Origin: Myxococcota bacterium
Lineage (GTDB): Bacteria; Myxococcota_A; UBA9160; SZUA-336
Length of the DNA: 64,000 bases
Assembly: GCA_965247115.1 (NCBI GenBank)
Contig: CBDFGR010000002.1
Location: forward strand, 1,472,001 to 1,536,000
Direction: 5' to 3'
In this document: one piece after another, positions 19,104 through 28,996 of the stretch
How positions within the stretch are numbered: position 1 is the stretch's first letter
How the letters are laid out: each line of letters begins with the position of its first letter
The notes under the pieces: model-generated
Database searches by the model: none
What the model was told of the DNA's origin: nothing
Seen by the model: only the letters and a program-made list of their open reading frames with translations
Made by a program: the position numbers and the translations under genes

Positions 19104-20267
19104 ATGAAGACGTCCCTGTTCTACCTGCCGATCGTCGGTAATCGCGCGGAGATCGAGTCCGGCATGGCCGGGACGCGGGGCGAGCTTTACGACCGCATGC
19201 TCGCCGAGATCAGCGAGCAGGCCGTGCTTGCGGACGAGCTTGGCTACGATTCCATCAGCTTCACGGAGCACCACTTCCACATCGAGGGCTTCGAGCTCTC
19301 GAACAACCCCGTCATGCTCGACCTGTTCATCGGCATGCAGACGAAGCGCCTGCGAGTCGGGCAGCTGGGGATCGTCCTGCCGGCCAACAACCCGATCCGT
19401 GTTGCGGAGGACATCGCCATGCTGGACCGCATGACGGGCGGACGGGCCTGCGCGGGCTTCGCGCGCGGCTACCAGCGTCGCTGGGTGGATATCATGGCGC
19501 AGCAGATGCACGGCATTCACGGCGCCTTGCCCCACCAGCACGATGAGATCGACGCGGCGAACCGCGCGGCTTTCGAAGAGAGCTTCCGCATCATCAAGCA
19601 GGCTTGGAGCGACGAGCTGTTGGAGTTCCAGGGAAAGTACTGGCGCGTGCCCGCGGGCGAGACCCCCTGGGACATGGAGTCCACGAGGCGTCATGGGGCC
19701 GGCGTCGAGGACAAGTTGCTGAAGGCGGTCGGCGTCGTGCCAAAGCCTGTTCAGAGGCCGCACCCGCCGCTGTTCCAGCCCTTCGCCTCGTCGGAGCGCA
19801 GCATCCGCTGGTGCGCAGAGGAGGGCGTCACCGCGATCTTGCCCCCGCTTCACCCGAGCCTGGAGCGTCGCCTGTTCGAGCTCTACGCCGAGGTGTCGGG
19901 GCGCCCCATCGGCGAGGGCGTGGGGGTGCTCCGCGACGTCATCGTGGCTGACAGCGATGAAGAGGCGATGCGCCTCTGGTCGAACAGCGCTGCCTTCGTT
20001 GGAGCAGCCTGGTTCGAGCCCTTCGGCTTCTCGCGCGGGCTCGCGGATCCCGCCACGGGCGAGCGTCCCGACCTGTTCCAGGAAGGGCTGGCGCTCGTCG
20101 GCTCCGCAGACACGGTAACCCGCCAGCTCGAGCGCCTCCTCGACCGGCTCCCGGCCAAGTGGCTGTTCGCGTGGCAGTACAACTCCTGCATACCTCACGC
20201 GGACCTGATGCGCTCGATCGAGGCTTTCTCGTCGAAGGTGCTGCCCCGCGTATCGACTCCGGACTAG
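19104..20267 (+). CDS. Luciferase-like (LLM) flavin-dependent oxidoreductase
   Basis: TEHHF and NPIRVAEDIAMLDRMTGGR..GFARGYQ motifs. Confidence 0.88.
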   Translation: MKTSLFYLPIVGNRAEIESGMAGTRGELYDRMLAEISEQAVLADELGYDSISFTEHHFHIEGFELSNNPVMLDLFIGMQTKRLRVGQLGIVLPANNPIRVAEDIAMLDRMTGGRACAGFARGYQRRWVDIMAQQMHGIHGALPHQHDEIDAANRAAFEESFRIIKQAWSDELLEFQGKYWRVPAGETPWDMESTRRHGAGVEDKLLKAVGVVPKPVQRPHPPLFQPFASSERSIRWCAEEGVTAILPPLHPSLERRLFELYAEVSGRPIGEGVGVLRDVIVADSDEEAMRLWSNSAAFVGAAWFEPFGFSRGLADPATGERPDLFQEGLALVGSADTVTRQLERLLDRLPAKWLFAWQYNSCIPHADLMRSIEAFSSKVLPRVSTPD

Positions 20268-20270
20268 CAC

Positions 20271-21647
20271 GTGGAGCGGTTGAGCCCGCAGGATGCATTC
20301 TTTCTGCGCGCCGAGAACGAGACGAGCCACATGCACAGCGCGTCCGTGGCTGTCTTCGAAGGCCCGGCGCCGAGCCTCGACGAGACCGTCGAGCTGGTGA
20401 GATCCAAGCTGCACCGGGTGCCGCGGTACCGGCAACGCGCTCGCTTCGTGCCGCTAGAGCTGGGACGTCCCGTATGGGTCGACGATCCGCACTTCAACAT
20501 CGACTACCATGTTCGCCATACATCGCTGCCGAGACCGGGCAGCGACGAGCAGCTGCGCAACCTGGTCGGACGCGTGATGTCGCAGCAACTCGACCGGGCG
20601 AAGCCGCTGTGGGAGTTGTGGGTCACCGAGGGGCTCGCGAACGGCGAGCAGTGGGCGATCCTGTCGAAGAACCATCACTGTATGGTAGACGGCGTCTCCG
20701 GCACCGACCTTCTCAGCGTGATGATGGACCGGGAGCCGCGTCCGCGCCGCTCCAAGCCCGAAGCTTGGCAGCCCGAGTCCTCGCCGTCGGACGCAGGCAT
20801 GCTCCTGGCTGCCGCGCGGGATCGCCTGTTTAGCCTCCCCGAGCTGATGCGCGGGGCGCGCTCGCTGTTGGGCGGACCCGGCCGCGTCGCAGCAACGGTG
20901 CTCGAGCTGGCCCATGACCTGGGTAGCGTGCTCCAGCTCTTCGCCGGAGAGACCGAGTCCTCGCTTGTCGGCAGCATCGGCCCTCATCGACACTGGAGCT
21001 GGGCGACCTCGACGCTCGAGAGCGTGAAGAAGATCCGCGGCGCACACGGGGGAACAGTGAACGACGTCGTGCTCGCCGTGGTCGCGCGGGGCTTTCGCGA
21101 CCTCCTGCGCTCTCGCGGCGAGACCACAGTCGATCGGGTCGTCCGCACCTTCGTGCCGGTGTCGGTGCGCACGGAAGAGGAGCGGGGAGCCTACAACAAC
21201 CGCGTATCCGCGGTGTTCGCGGATCTTCCGGTCGGCAGCGCCGATCCCCTCGCGCGCCTCCACGCGGTAAGGGCACAGCTGGAGCGACTCAAAGAACGCG
21301 AGCAGGCGGTCGCGGCGGAGACCCTGACCTCGCTCTCCGGCTTCGCGCCTCCGGTGCTGCTCTCACTCGGTACCAGGCTCTTCGCGCAATCAGAGCCGAC
21401 ACTCGCGCAGACGCTGACGACGAACGTCCCTGGGCCTCAACAGCCGCTCTACGTGGTCGGTCGGCGCATGCTTGCCACTCATCCCTACGTGCCACTGAAG
21501 GGCTCGGTTCGGATCGGCGTCGCCATCTTCTCGTACGTGGGCCAGCTCAGCTTTGGCATCACGGGGGACTACGAGAGCGCCCCGGACATCGGCGTGATGT
21601 GCGCGGGGATCGAGGAGGGCATAGCCGAGCTGCTCGACCTCTCGTAG
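20271..21647 (+). CDS. Wax ester synthase/diacylglycerol acyltransferase (WS/DGAT)
   Basis: HHCMVDG catalytic motif; LDRAKPLWE, TVNDV and TNVPGP. Confidence 0.92.
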   Translation: MERLSPQDAFFLRAENETSHMHSASVAVFEGPAPSLDETVELVRSKLHRVPRYRQRARFVPLELGRPVWVDDPHFNIDYHVRHTSLPRPGSDEQLRNLVGRVMSQQLDRAKPLWELWVTEGLANGEQWAILSKNHHCMVDGVSGTDLLSVMMDREPRPRRSKPEAWQPESSPSDAGMLLAAARDRLFSLPELMRGARSLLGGPGRVAATVLELAHDLGSVLQLFAGETESSLVGSIGPHRHWSWATSTLESVKKIRGAHGGTVNDVVLAVVARGFRDLLRSRGETTVDRVVRTFVPVSVRTEEERGAYNNRVSAVFADLPVGSADPLARLHAVRAQLERLKEREQAVAAETLTSLSGFAPPVLLSLGTRLFAQSEPTLAQTLTTNVPGPQQPLYVVGRRMLATHPYVPLKGSVRIGVAIFSYVGQLSFGITGDYESAPDIGVMCAGIEEGIAELLDLS

Positions 21648-21716
21648 GCCGAGAGCTAGCGCACCTGCTGCCGCGTCGCCGCGCAGTTCCACAGTCGCGT
21701 CCGCTATGCTCAGGCC

Positions 21717-22895
21717 ATGAAGCGGATCCTCCTCTCGCTCGTGGTTCTCCTGGTCTTCAGTGCTGGCGCGTGCAACGTGCTCTGGCCCGAGCGCTACACG
21801 GTGAACGCCCCGTTGTTGCGGATGCTGCGCGGTGCGGCCCCACCAGAGGCCGACGTCATCCAGAGCCGTCTCGTGGTGCCGGAGGGGTTCTCCGTTGCCG
21901 AGTACGCAAGCGGGCTCCCGAACGCCCGCTTCTTGCGTTTCACATCGACGGGGGACTTGCTCGTGAGTCAGCCCCGCGCCGGTCACGTCTCGTTGCTCGA
22001 GCGCGACGCAACCGCCGACGGTCGCGCGGACGGGATGCGTGTCCTGATCGGCGACTTGAACCGGCCCCACGGCATGGAGCTCCACCAAGGCTGGCTCTAC
22101 ATTGCGGAGATGGACGCGGTCGGCCGCGTCCGCTTCGACGCCGCCGCGCGCAGCATCGACGGAGAGTACGAGCGGATCGTGACCGGGCTTCCGGCTGGCG
22201 GAAACCACTGGACGCGCACCGTCCGCATCGGCCCCGACGGCTTGCTCTACATCTCCGTCGGATCGAGCTGCAACGCGTGCGAGGAGCGCGACCCCAGGCG
22301 CGCGGCCATTCTCCGCTACCAGGCCGACGGCAGCGAGCCCGAGCTCTATGCCACAGGACTTCGCAACGCGGTGGGCTTCGACTGGCGCCCAGGCAGCGGA
22401 GAGCTCTTCGCGACCGACAACGGTCGCGATCTGCTCGGTGACAACTTCCCGCCCTGCGAGCTCAACCGGGTCGAGCGCGGGGGCTTCTACGGCTGGCCGT
22501 TCGCCAACGGCGAGCGCGTACCGGACCCCGACCTGAGCGCGGGAAACGCAGATCGCATCGAGAGCTCCATTCCTCCCGCGTACGGGTTCGCGGCGCACAC
22601 CGCACCCCTCGGGATCACGTTCCTGCGCGAAGAGTCCACGCCCACTGCGCTCGTCGACGCCGCGCTCGTGGCGCTGCACGGCTCGTGGAACCGCACCGAG
22701 AAGGACGGCTACAAGGTCGTCTCGCTCCACTGGGCGGAGGACGGCTCGATCCGCGAACGAGACTTCCTGGTCGGCTTCGAGGTCGACGAGGATGTGATCG
22801 GTCGCCCCGTCGACGTGGCGCAGGGACCGGACGGTGCGATCTACGTGTCCGACGACTTCGCCGGGATGGTCTATCGAGTCGCCTTCGGAGAGTGA
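21717..22895 (+). CDS. Glucose/sorbosone dehydrogenase (PQQ-dependent beta-propeller) lipoprotein
   Basis: AGAC lipobox; GSSCNAC, GLRNAVG, AHTAPLG and HGSWNR. Confidence 0.85.
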   Translation: MKRILLSLVVLLVFSAGACNVLWPERYTVNAPLLRMLRGAAPPEADVIQSRLVVPEGFSVAEYASGLPNARFLRFTSTGDLLVSQPRAGHVSLLERDATADGRADGMRVLIGDLNRPHGMELHQGWLYIAEMDAVGRVRFDAAARSIDGEYERIVTGLPAGGNHWTRTVRIGPDGLLYISVGSSCNACEERDPRRAAILRYQADGSEPELYATGLRNAVGFDWRPGSGELFATDNGRDLLGDNFPPCELNRVERGGFYGWPFANGERVPDPDLSAGNADRIESSIPPAYGFAAHTAPLGITFLREESTPTALVDAALVALHGSWNRTEKDGYKVVSLHWAEDGSIRERDFLVGFEVDEDVIGRPVDVAQGPDGAIYVSDDFAGMVYRVAFGE

Positions 22896-22899
22896 GGGG

Positions 22900-24453
22900 T
22901 CACTCCGCGCGCAGCTCCTCGAACAGCGTCCGGGCTACCTCGGCGGGACCCCGCCCCCGCTCGTCCACCTCGAGGTTCAGCCGCTGCATCGCGCTCTCGT
23001 CCAGGATGCCCTCCAGCCGCTGCAGCGCCTGGACGACGTCGGGCGCTTCTCGCGCCAGCCGCGATCCAACGAGCACGATCGCATCGTAGGGAGGAATGAC
23101 GCCGCGATCGTCCTCGAGCAGGCGCAGCTCGAAGGCGGCGATGCGACCGTCCGTCGAGAACGCACTGATCACATCGACGTCCCCGGACGCGGCCGCCTGG
23201 TACATCAACGAGGAGTCCATGCTGCGCTGCTGACGAAAGCCGAGCCCGTACGTCTCCTCCAGCGCCTTCCACTCCGGACGCACGAAGAACTCGTAGTCGC
23301 CTCCGATCTCGAGCGATCCGGCGACGGGAACCAGGTCGCTGATGCTGCGCACGCCGAGCTCGACTGCGCGATCCTCGCGCATGGCCAGGGCGTACGTGTT
23401 CTCGAAGCCGAACGCCGCGGCGACAACGACTCCGTACTCCTCGGGCAGCGCGTCTCGCACCTCCTGCAGAACAGCTGCGCGGGTGCCCGCGAGGCCGTCG
23501 CGCTTGAGAATCGTGGCCCAGATGGTCCCGGTATAGTCGACGTAGAGGTCGACGTCCCCGGCTCCTAGCGCGTCGAAGAGCACCGTGGAGCCGAGCGACT
23601 GTACGGCGCGGGTCGGTCTTCCGGTCTCACTCTCGATCCAGAGCGAGAGGAGCTCGCTCAGGATGTACTGCTCCGTGAAGGTCTTCGAGCCTACCGCCAC
23701 GCGCCGAACGGACTCTCCGCTACGCTCCCAGAGCATGGAGCCCGCGGTAAAGACGTAGAGCAGGCCCAGCACGCTTGCGGCCAGCGCGAGCAAGCCCCGC
23801 CGGCGAGCCTGCACACCAACTTCGATTGCGCGGATGATCTGGTCGAGCAGAGCCGCCAGCCCCGCAGCCGCGACGCAGCCGACCAGCACCGCGCTCAGGT
23901 TGCGGGTCTGCAGTCCGCTGAAGATGTAGTTCCCGAGGCTGGTCGCGCCTACCGGAGTCGAGAGCGTCGCCGTTCCGATGACCCAGACGGTGGCCGTGCG
24001 GACTCCCGCCACCATGATCGGCAGAGCGAGTGGAAGCTCGACGCGCAGGAGCTTCTGCCGCTCCGTCATCCCCACGCCGCGCGCGGCTTCCGTGAGCGCC
24101 GGGTCCACGCCATTGATCCCCGCCACGGTCGTCTGCACGATCGGCAGCATGCTGTACAGCGTGAGCGCGAGCAGCGCGGGCAGGAAGCCGATGCTCCGGA
24201 GCTCGACGCCGAACGACGACGTCGTGAGGGCGCTGAGCGCGGCGAGCGCGGGCACCATGAGCGCGAGCAGCGCAAGGCTCGGAATGGTCTGAACGACCCC
24301 CACCGTCGCGAGCACACCCTGTGCGAGCGCTGGCCGCCGCGTGATCCAGATCCCGAGCGGCATGCTGATGAGCGTGCCCAGGAGGAGCGCGAGCAGCGAG
24401 AGCTGCAGGTGCGCCGTCAGGTAGCCAGGGAGCAGGGCGAGCTGCTCGCTCAT
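22900..24453 (-). CDS. Glycine betaine/osmoprotectant ABC transporter, permease fused to substrate-binding domain
   Basis: QTIPSLAL, EAARGVGM loop, GSKTFTEQYIL, FENTYALA and PPYDA. Confidence 0.9.
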   Translation of the reverse strand: MSEQLALLPGYLTAHLQLSLLALLLGTLISMPLGIWITRRPALAQGVLATVGVVQTIPSLALLALMVPALAALSALTTSSFGVELRSIGFLPALLALTLYSMLPIVQTTVAGINGVDPALTEAARGVGMTERQKLLRVELPLALPIMVAGVRTATVWVIGTATLSTPVGATSLGNYIFSGLQTRNLSAVLVGCVAAAGLAALLDQIIRAIEVGVQARRRGLLALAASVLGLLYVFTAGSMLWERSGESVRRVAVGSKTFTEQYILSELLSLWIESETGRPTRAVQSLGSTVLFDALGAGDVDLYVDYTGTIWATILKRDGLAGTRAAVLQEVRDALPEEYGVVVAAAFGFENTYALAMREDRAVELGVRSISDLVPVAGSLEIGGDYEFFVRPEWKALEETYGLGFRQQRSMDSSLMYQAAASGDVDVISAFSTDGRIAAFELRLLEDDRGVIPPYDAIVLVGSRLAREAPDVVQALQRLEGILDESAMQRLNLEVDERGRGPAEVARTLFEELRAE

Positions 24454-25229
24454 GCCGGTCCGTTTCTAGGACCGACCCCGAGCAGCGCGTCCACCTGCTC
24501 GGCCTGGCGGCGTGGGGTCTCCATGAGCCCGGCCACGATGGGACCGTCGGGATCCAACAGCAGCTCGCGCGGCGAGCCGACCTGCACGAGGCGACCCGCA
24601 TCCAGCACGGCAATTCGATCACCGAGCACGAGCGCCTCGACCATGTCGTGCGTGACGAAGACGATGCTGATCCCCAGCTCGCCCTGGATCGCCTTCAGGC
24701 GCTGCTGGAGCCGATCCCGCGTGAGCGGATCGAGCGAGCCGAAGGGCTCGTCCATCAACAGAATCTCCGGGCGCGCGGCCAGGGCTCGCGCGATGCCGAT
24801 GCGCTGCTGCTGACCACCGGAGAGCTCGTCGGGCATGCGTTCGCAAAAGCTCTCGGGCTCGAGCTCCACGAGGGCGAGGAGCTCGTCGACGCGGTCGCGG
24901 CGCACCTCGTCGGACCAGCCGAGCAGGCGTGGCGTGACCTCTATGTTCTCCGCCACGGAGAGGTGTGGGAACAGCCCGATCTGCTGAAAGCAGTAGCCGA
25001 TCTGTCTGCGCAGCAAGTGCGGCTCCAGGCTCCTCACATCCCTGCTGCCAATGCATACCCGACCACTCGTGGGCTCGATCAGGCGGTTGATCATCTTGAG
25101 CGTCGTGGTCTTGCCGCAGCCCGAGCTCCCGAGGAGGACCAGGAGCTCACCCCTGGCCACCTCCAGCGACAGGCTGTCGACCGCCAGGCTCGTGCCGTAG
25201 CGCTTCGTCAGATCCTCTAGCCGGATCAC
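24450..25229 (-). CDS. Osmoprotectant ABC transporter ATP-binding protein
   Basis: GSSGCGKTT, LSGGQQQR and LLMDEPF; start taken at GTG 25229. Confidence 0.9.
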   Translation of the reverse strand: MIRLEDLTKRYGTSLAVDSLSLEVARGELLVLLGSSGCGKTTTLKMINRLIEPTSGRVCIGSRDVRSLEPHLLRRQIGYCFQQIGLFPHLSVAENIEVTPRLLGWSDEVRRDRVDELLALVELEPESFCERMPDELSGGQQQRIGIARALAARPEILLMDEPFGSLDPLTRDRLQQRLKAIQGELGISIVFVTHDMVEALVLGDRIAVLDAGRLVQVGSPRELLLDPDGPIVAGLMETPRRQAEQVDALLGVGPRNGPA

Positions 25230-25338
25230 GACAAAGAGCGTACCGCCTGGCGACACGAGGTGCCGGTTCGCGAATCCCGTGCTCAAGTTCGCCAGACGGC
25301 AACCGATGTAGGAGCGACACTGCCGCTATGGAGGCGAT

Positions 25339-25920
25339 GTGATGCCCATCTCTACCCCCAAGACCGGACTCGAGCGCTCCCCGGGACTGGAGCGCTTGAT
25401 CTTCGACGAGAGTCAGCCCCAGAAGACCCAGATTGCACGCAAGGTGAGGGAAGCAACGCCCGGGGAGACGCAAGAGCTCGAGATCTCCGCTCGGGGACAG
25501 AGGCTGCGGCTCGAGGCGGAGCTGTTGCGTGGCACCCTCGGTGGCATCGAGGTAGCGATCTTTGGTCTGGACGACCCCGTCTATGAGCAGGCGGGCCGCA
25601 GCGAGTATCTCGAATCGATCGAGATCCCCGACGACTTCTCCGCGGCTGGCACTGCAGAGCGCATCCTGGGAGGGATCAGCGGCTACATCTACCGCGCGTT
25701 TCGGATGAGCAATCCCGACGCGAATCTGGCCGACTTCGCCCGCTTCAAGCAGGAGGCCCTTCGCGGCTTCGAGCAGGGCCTGGAGGAAGGCCGCGGCTAC
25801 ATCGAGGCCCTGGGGGATCTGACCGACGAGCGCTCGGAGCAGATCTCCGAGACCGAGGACCTGGTGCGCGACGGCCTCGAGGCGTTCTTCGATCGCGAAG
25901 AGGAGCGCTTCAGCGCTTGA
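25339..25920 (+). CDS. Hypothetical acidic helical protein (DUF5610-like)
   Basis: C-terminal DFSAAGTAERI...GFEQGLEEGRGYIEALG...ISETEDLV pattern recalled from DUF5610; not searched. Confidence 0.6.
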   Translation: MMPISTPKTGLERSPGLERLIFDESQPQKTQIARKVREATPGETQELEISARGQRLRLEAELLRGTLGGIEVAIFGLDDPVYEQAGRSEYLESIEIPDDFSAAGTAERILGGISGYIYRAFRMSNPDANLADFARFKQEALRGFEQGLEEGRGYIEALGDLTDERSEQISETEDLVRDGLEAFFDREEERFSA

Positions 25921-27310
25921 GCGACGCCAGCTCCTGAAGCAGGTGAACGGAGGCCCGCGCTGCGCGACGGAAGTCCTCCGTGTGGAGGCTCTCGTTCTCC
26001 CCGTGCGCGTTGCAGATCGGGTCCTCGAGCCCGAGGAGCAGGGCCGGCACCCCGCCCAGCACCTCGCTGAAGGGAGCGACGAACGGGATCGTGCCCCCAC
26101 AGCCGATCTCGACGGCCTCTCGGCCGAAGCCGGCTGCGAGCGCCCGCCGCGCCGCGTCGAACGCCGGACCGCGGGGCTGTGTTCGCCAGCCACCGGCAGC
26201 CGCCTCGACGGAGGTCTCCACGCGTACTCCTCCGGGCGGGTCGCGCTCGAGAAAGTCGCGCAGGAGCCCTGCGGCGCGCGTCGGATCCTGACCGGGAGCA
26301 AGACGGAGCCCGACCCGGGCACGCGCTACGTCCATGAGCTGGTTCGCGGCGCCCTGCAGCGGCACGCCCTCCAGGGCCGTGATGGCAAGACTGGGGCGCC
26401 ACCAGAGCCGCTCCCATACCGAGTACTCGCTCTCGCCGCTGAAGTCTCCTGCAGCGAGCAGTCCGGCGTCATCCCGGAAACGCGCGCCATCGAAGGGCAG
26501 GCGCTCGATCTTCTCCCGTTCCGGCCCGTCCAGCGCGGCGACGTCGTCGTAGATTCCGGGCACCTGAATCACGCCGCGGTCGTCGACCAGGCGGGCCAGC
26601 AGGCGGATCAGGCAGCTTGCCGTGTCCGCAACCGGACCGCCCCACATTCCGCTGTGGATCGAGTGGTCCAGGGCGCGCACGCTCACGTCTACCGCAACGA
26701 GGCCGCGCAGGCTCGTGGTGAGCGAGGGCAGTCCCGTCTCCAGGTTGGCGGTGTCCGAAAGGATGATCACGTCGGCGGAGAGACGCTCGCGATGGGCGCG
26801 CAGGAACTCCGCCAGGTGTGGAGACCCGATCTCCTCCTCGCCCTCGACGATCAGCTTGACGTTCGTCGGCAGCTCGGAGCTCGCCTCGAGCCAGGCGCGC
26901 AGCGCAGCAAGGTGCAGCATCAGTCCCGCCTTGTCGTCGACCACCCCGCGTCCATACAGACGACCATCCGCGCGGTATGTGGGCTCGAAGGGCGGCGACT
27001 CCCAAAGCTCCTCGCGCCCCGGGGGCTGAACGTCGTGGTGCGCGTAGATCAGCACGGTCGTCGCAGCGGGTCCGTGGTCCACGCGTTCTCCGACGACGTA
27101 GGGATGAGCCCCACCCTGGGCCACGACCTCCACCTTCGAAAGCCCCGTGTCCCGCAGCAGCTCGGCCACCGCGTCGGCCGAGCGCGCCACCTGCGCCGGC
27201 TCGAAGCCCGCCGCGGACACACCCGGAATGCGAGCAAGCTCGCACAGTTGCGCGAACGTTCGAGCGAAGCCCTGCTCTAGCGCCGCGAGGGCCTGCTCGA
27301 GCTGCGCCAT
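25910..27310 (-). CDS. M20 family metallopeptidase (dipeptidase)
   Basis: YAHHDVQP, GRGVVDDK, EGEEE and AHGENE motifs; GGAGG RBS. Confidence 0.9.
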   Translation of the reverse strand: MAQLEQALAALEQGFARTFAQLCELARIPGVSAAGFEPAQVARSADAVAELLRDTGLSKVEVVAQGGAHPYVVGERVDHGPAATTVLIYAHHDVQPPGREELWESPPFEPTYRADGRLYGRGVVDDKAGLMLHLAALRAWLEASSELPTNVKLIVEGEEEIGSPHLAEFLRAHRERLSADVIILSDTANLETGLPSLTTSLRGLVAVDVSVRALDHSIHSGMWGGPVADTASCLIRLLARLVDDRGVIQVPGIYDDVAALDGPEREKIERLPFDGARFRDDAGLLAAGDFSGESEYSVWERLWWRPSLAITALEGVPLQGAANQLMDVARARVGLRLAPGQDPTRAAGLLRDFLERDPPGGVRVETSVEAAAGGWRTQPRGPAFDAARRALAAGFGREAVEIGCGGTIPFVAPFSEVLGGVPALLLGLEDPICNAHGENESLHTEDFRRAARASVHLLQELASLKR

Positions 27311-27357
27311 CACTCCTCCCCAAACGGCAGAGTAGCAGAGCCGTTAGAATCCCCCGC

Positions 27358-28914
27358 ATGAGCTGGAAGCCCGAGGTGGACGGAATCGAGCAACGCCGTC
27401 GGCTCGCTCTATTGCAGGGCGGAGAGGACGCGATCCGCACCCAGCACGAGCGTGGCCGGCTTACGATTCGCGAACGCATCGACGGCCTATTCGACCGCGG
27501 CACATTCCAGGAGCAGGGGCCGATCGCGGGCGTATCTGACGTCGACGACAGGGGCGAGCTCATCGGCTTCAGCCCGGCGAACTACGTGCTAGGCCTCGGG
27601 CGCATCGATGGACGCCTCGTCGCGGTGGGCGGCGAGGACTTTACGCTGCGCGGCGGCTCGCCCTCTCCGGCGGGCTTCCGCAAGTCCGTAATGGCGGAGG
27701 AGCTCGCGTGCCGCTACCGGGTACCGCTCGTTCGGTTCCTCGAGGGAGGGGGCGGCAGCGTGGCCCCGGCTCGGGGACCCGCGTCCGCGGCCACCGTCGA
27801 GTCGCCAGCGACCGCACCGCGGTTCATGAGCGTGATGCAGGCCATGGGAATGGTGCCAGTCGTCGCCGGTGCCATGGGAGCCGTCGCCGGTCTTCCGGCG
27901 GCGCGGCTAGCTGCCTCGCACCTCTCGATCATGACTGGGGATACGGCGCAGGTGATGATCGGCGGGCCCGCACTCGTCGAGCGGGCAACCGGACACTCGC
28001 TCTCCAAGGAAGAGCTCGGCGGCCCGAAGGTGCACCTGAAGAGTGGCGTGGTCGACAACGTCGCTCCCGACGAGCGCGGCGTGTTCGAGCAAGCCAGGCG
28101 CTTCCTGAGCTATCTGCCAACGAACGTCTGGGAGCGCGCTCCCCTTACGAGCTGCGACGACGCGCCGGACCGCTGCGAGGAGGAGCTCCTGTCCATCATT
28201 CCCCGGGATCGCCGCAAGCCCTACAAGATGCGCAGGCTCATCGAGCTCCTCGTCGACCGCGGCAGCTTTTTCGAGATGTCGGCAGGCTACGGCCAGAGCC
28301 AGATCACCGGCCTGGCCCGTCTGAACGGCCAGCCCGTCGGTGTGCTCGCGAACGATCCCTACTTCTACGCGGGTGCCATGACGGCAGCGGGCGCGCAGAA
28401 GGTGACGCGCTTCGTCGACCTGTGCGACACGTTCCACCTGCCGATCGTGAGTCTTGCCGATGAGCCCGGCTTCATGATCGGCCCGGAGGCGGAGCGCTCG
28501 GCAACGATCCGCTACGGGACCGCCACCCTGTTTGCGATCATGCAGTCGACCGTCCCCTGGGCCACGGTCATGGTACGCAAGACCTTCGGCGTTGCAGGTG
28601 CCGCGCACTTCGGTCCACACGGACACACGCTGGCCTGGCCGTCTGCCGAGTCCGGCGCGCTACCGCTCGAGGGCGGCGTCGCCGTCGCGTACCGACGAGA
28701 GATCGCCGCCGCACCCGACCCAGAAGCCAAGCGCCGCGAGCTCGAAGAGCAGCTCGCGAGCCGCCGCTCCCCCTACGCCAGCGCCGAAGGCTTCGGTGTC
28801 TCGGACCTGATCGACCCCCGCAACACGCGCCCCGCGCTCTGCAACTGGACCGAATGGATCCAGCCCCGCCTGGAACAGCACCTGGGCCCCCGCGCCTACA
28901 CCGTTCGCCCGTGA
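27358..28914 (+). CDS. Acyl-CoA carboxylase carboxyltransferase (beta) subunit
   Basis: DFTLRGGS, ELGG..H..SGVVD, FVDLCDTFHLP and DEPGFMIG. Confidence 0.88.
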   Translation: MSWKPEVDGIEQRRRLALLQGGEDAIRTQHERGRLTIRERIDGLFDRGTFQEQGPIAGVSDVDDRGELIGFSPANYVLGLGRIDGRLVAVGGEDFTLRGGSPSPAGFRKSVMAEELACRYRVPLVRFLEGGGGSVAPARGPASAATVESPATAPRFMSVMQAMGMVPVVAGAMGAVAGLPAARLAASHLSIMTGDTAQVMIGGPALVERATGHSLSKEELGGPKVHLKSGVVDNVAPDERGVFEQARRFLSYLPTNVWERAPLTSCDDAPDRCEEELLSIIPRDRRKPYKMRRLIELLVDRGSFFEMSAGYGQSQITGLARLNGQPVGVLANDPYFYAGAMTAAGAQKVTRFVDLCDTFHLPIVSLADEPGFMIGPEAERSATIRYGTATLFAIMQSTVPWATVMVRKTFGVAGAAHFGPHGHTLAWPSAESGALPLEGGVAVAYRREIAAAPDPEAKRRELEEQLASRRSPYASAEGFGVSDLIDPRNTRPALCNWTEWIQPRLEQHLGPRAYTVRP

Positions 28915-28996
28915 GCTCGCGCTCAATCGTTCGCGTTCGGCCGGGGCGATCGAATAGCATGGGGTGGAGGCCCCGAGAACGGGTCGCGGAGCGTCG

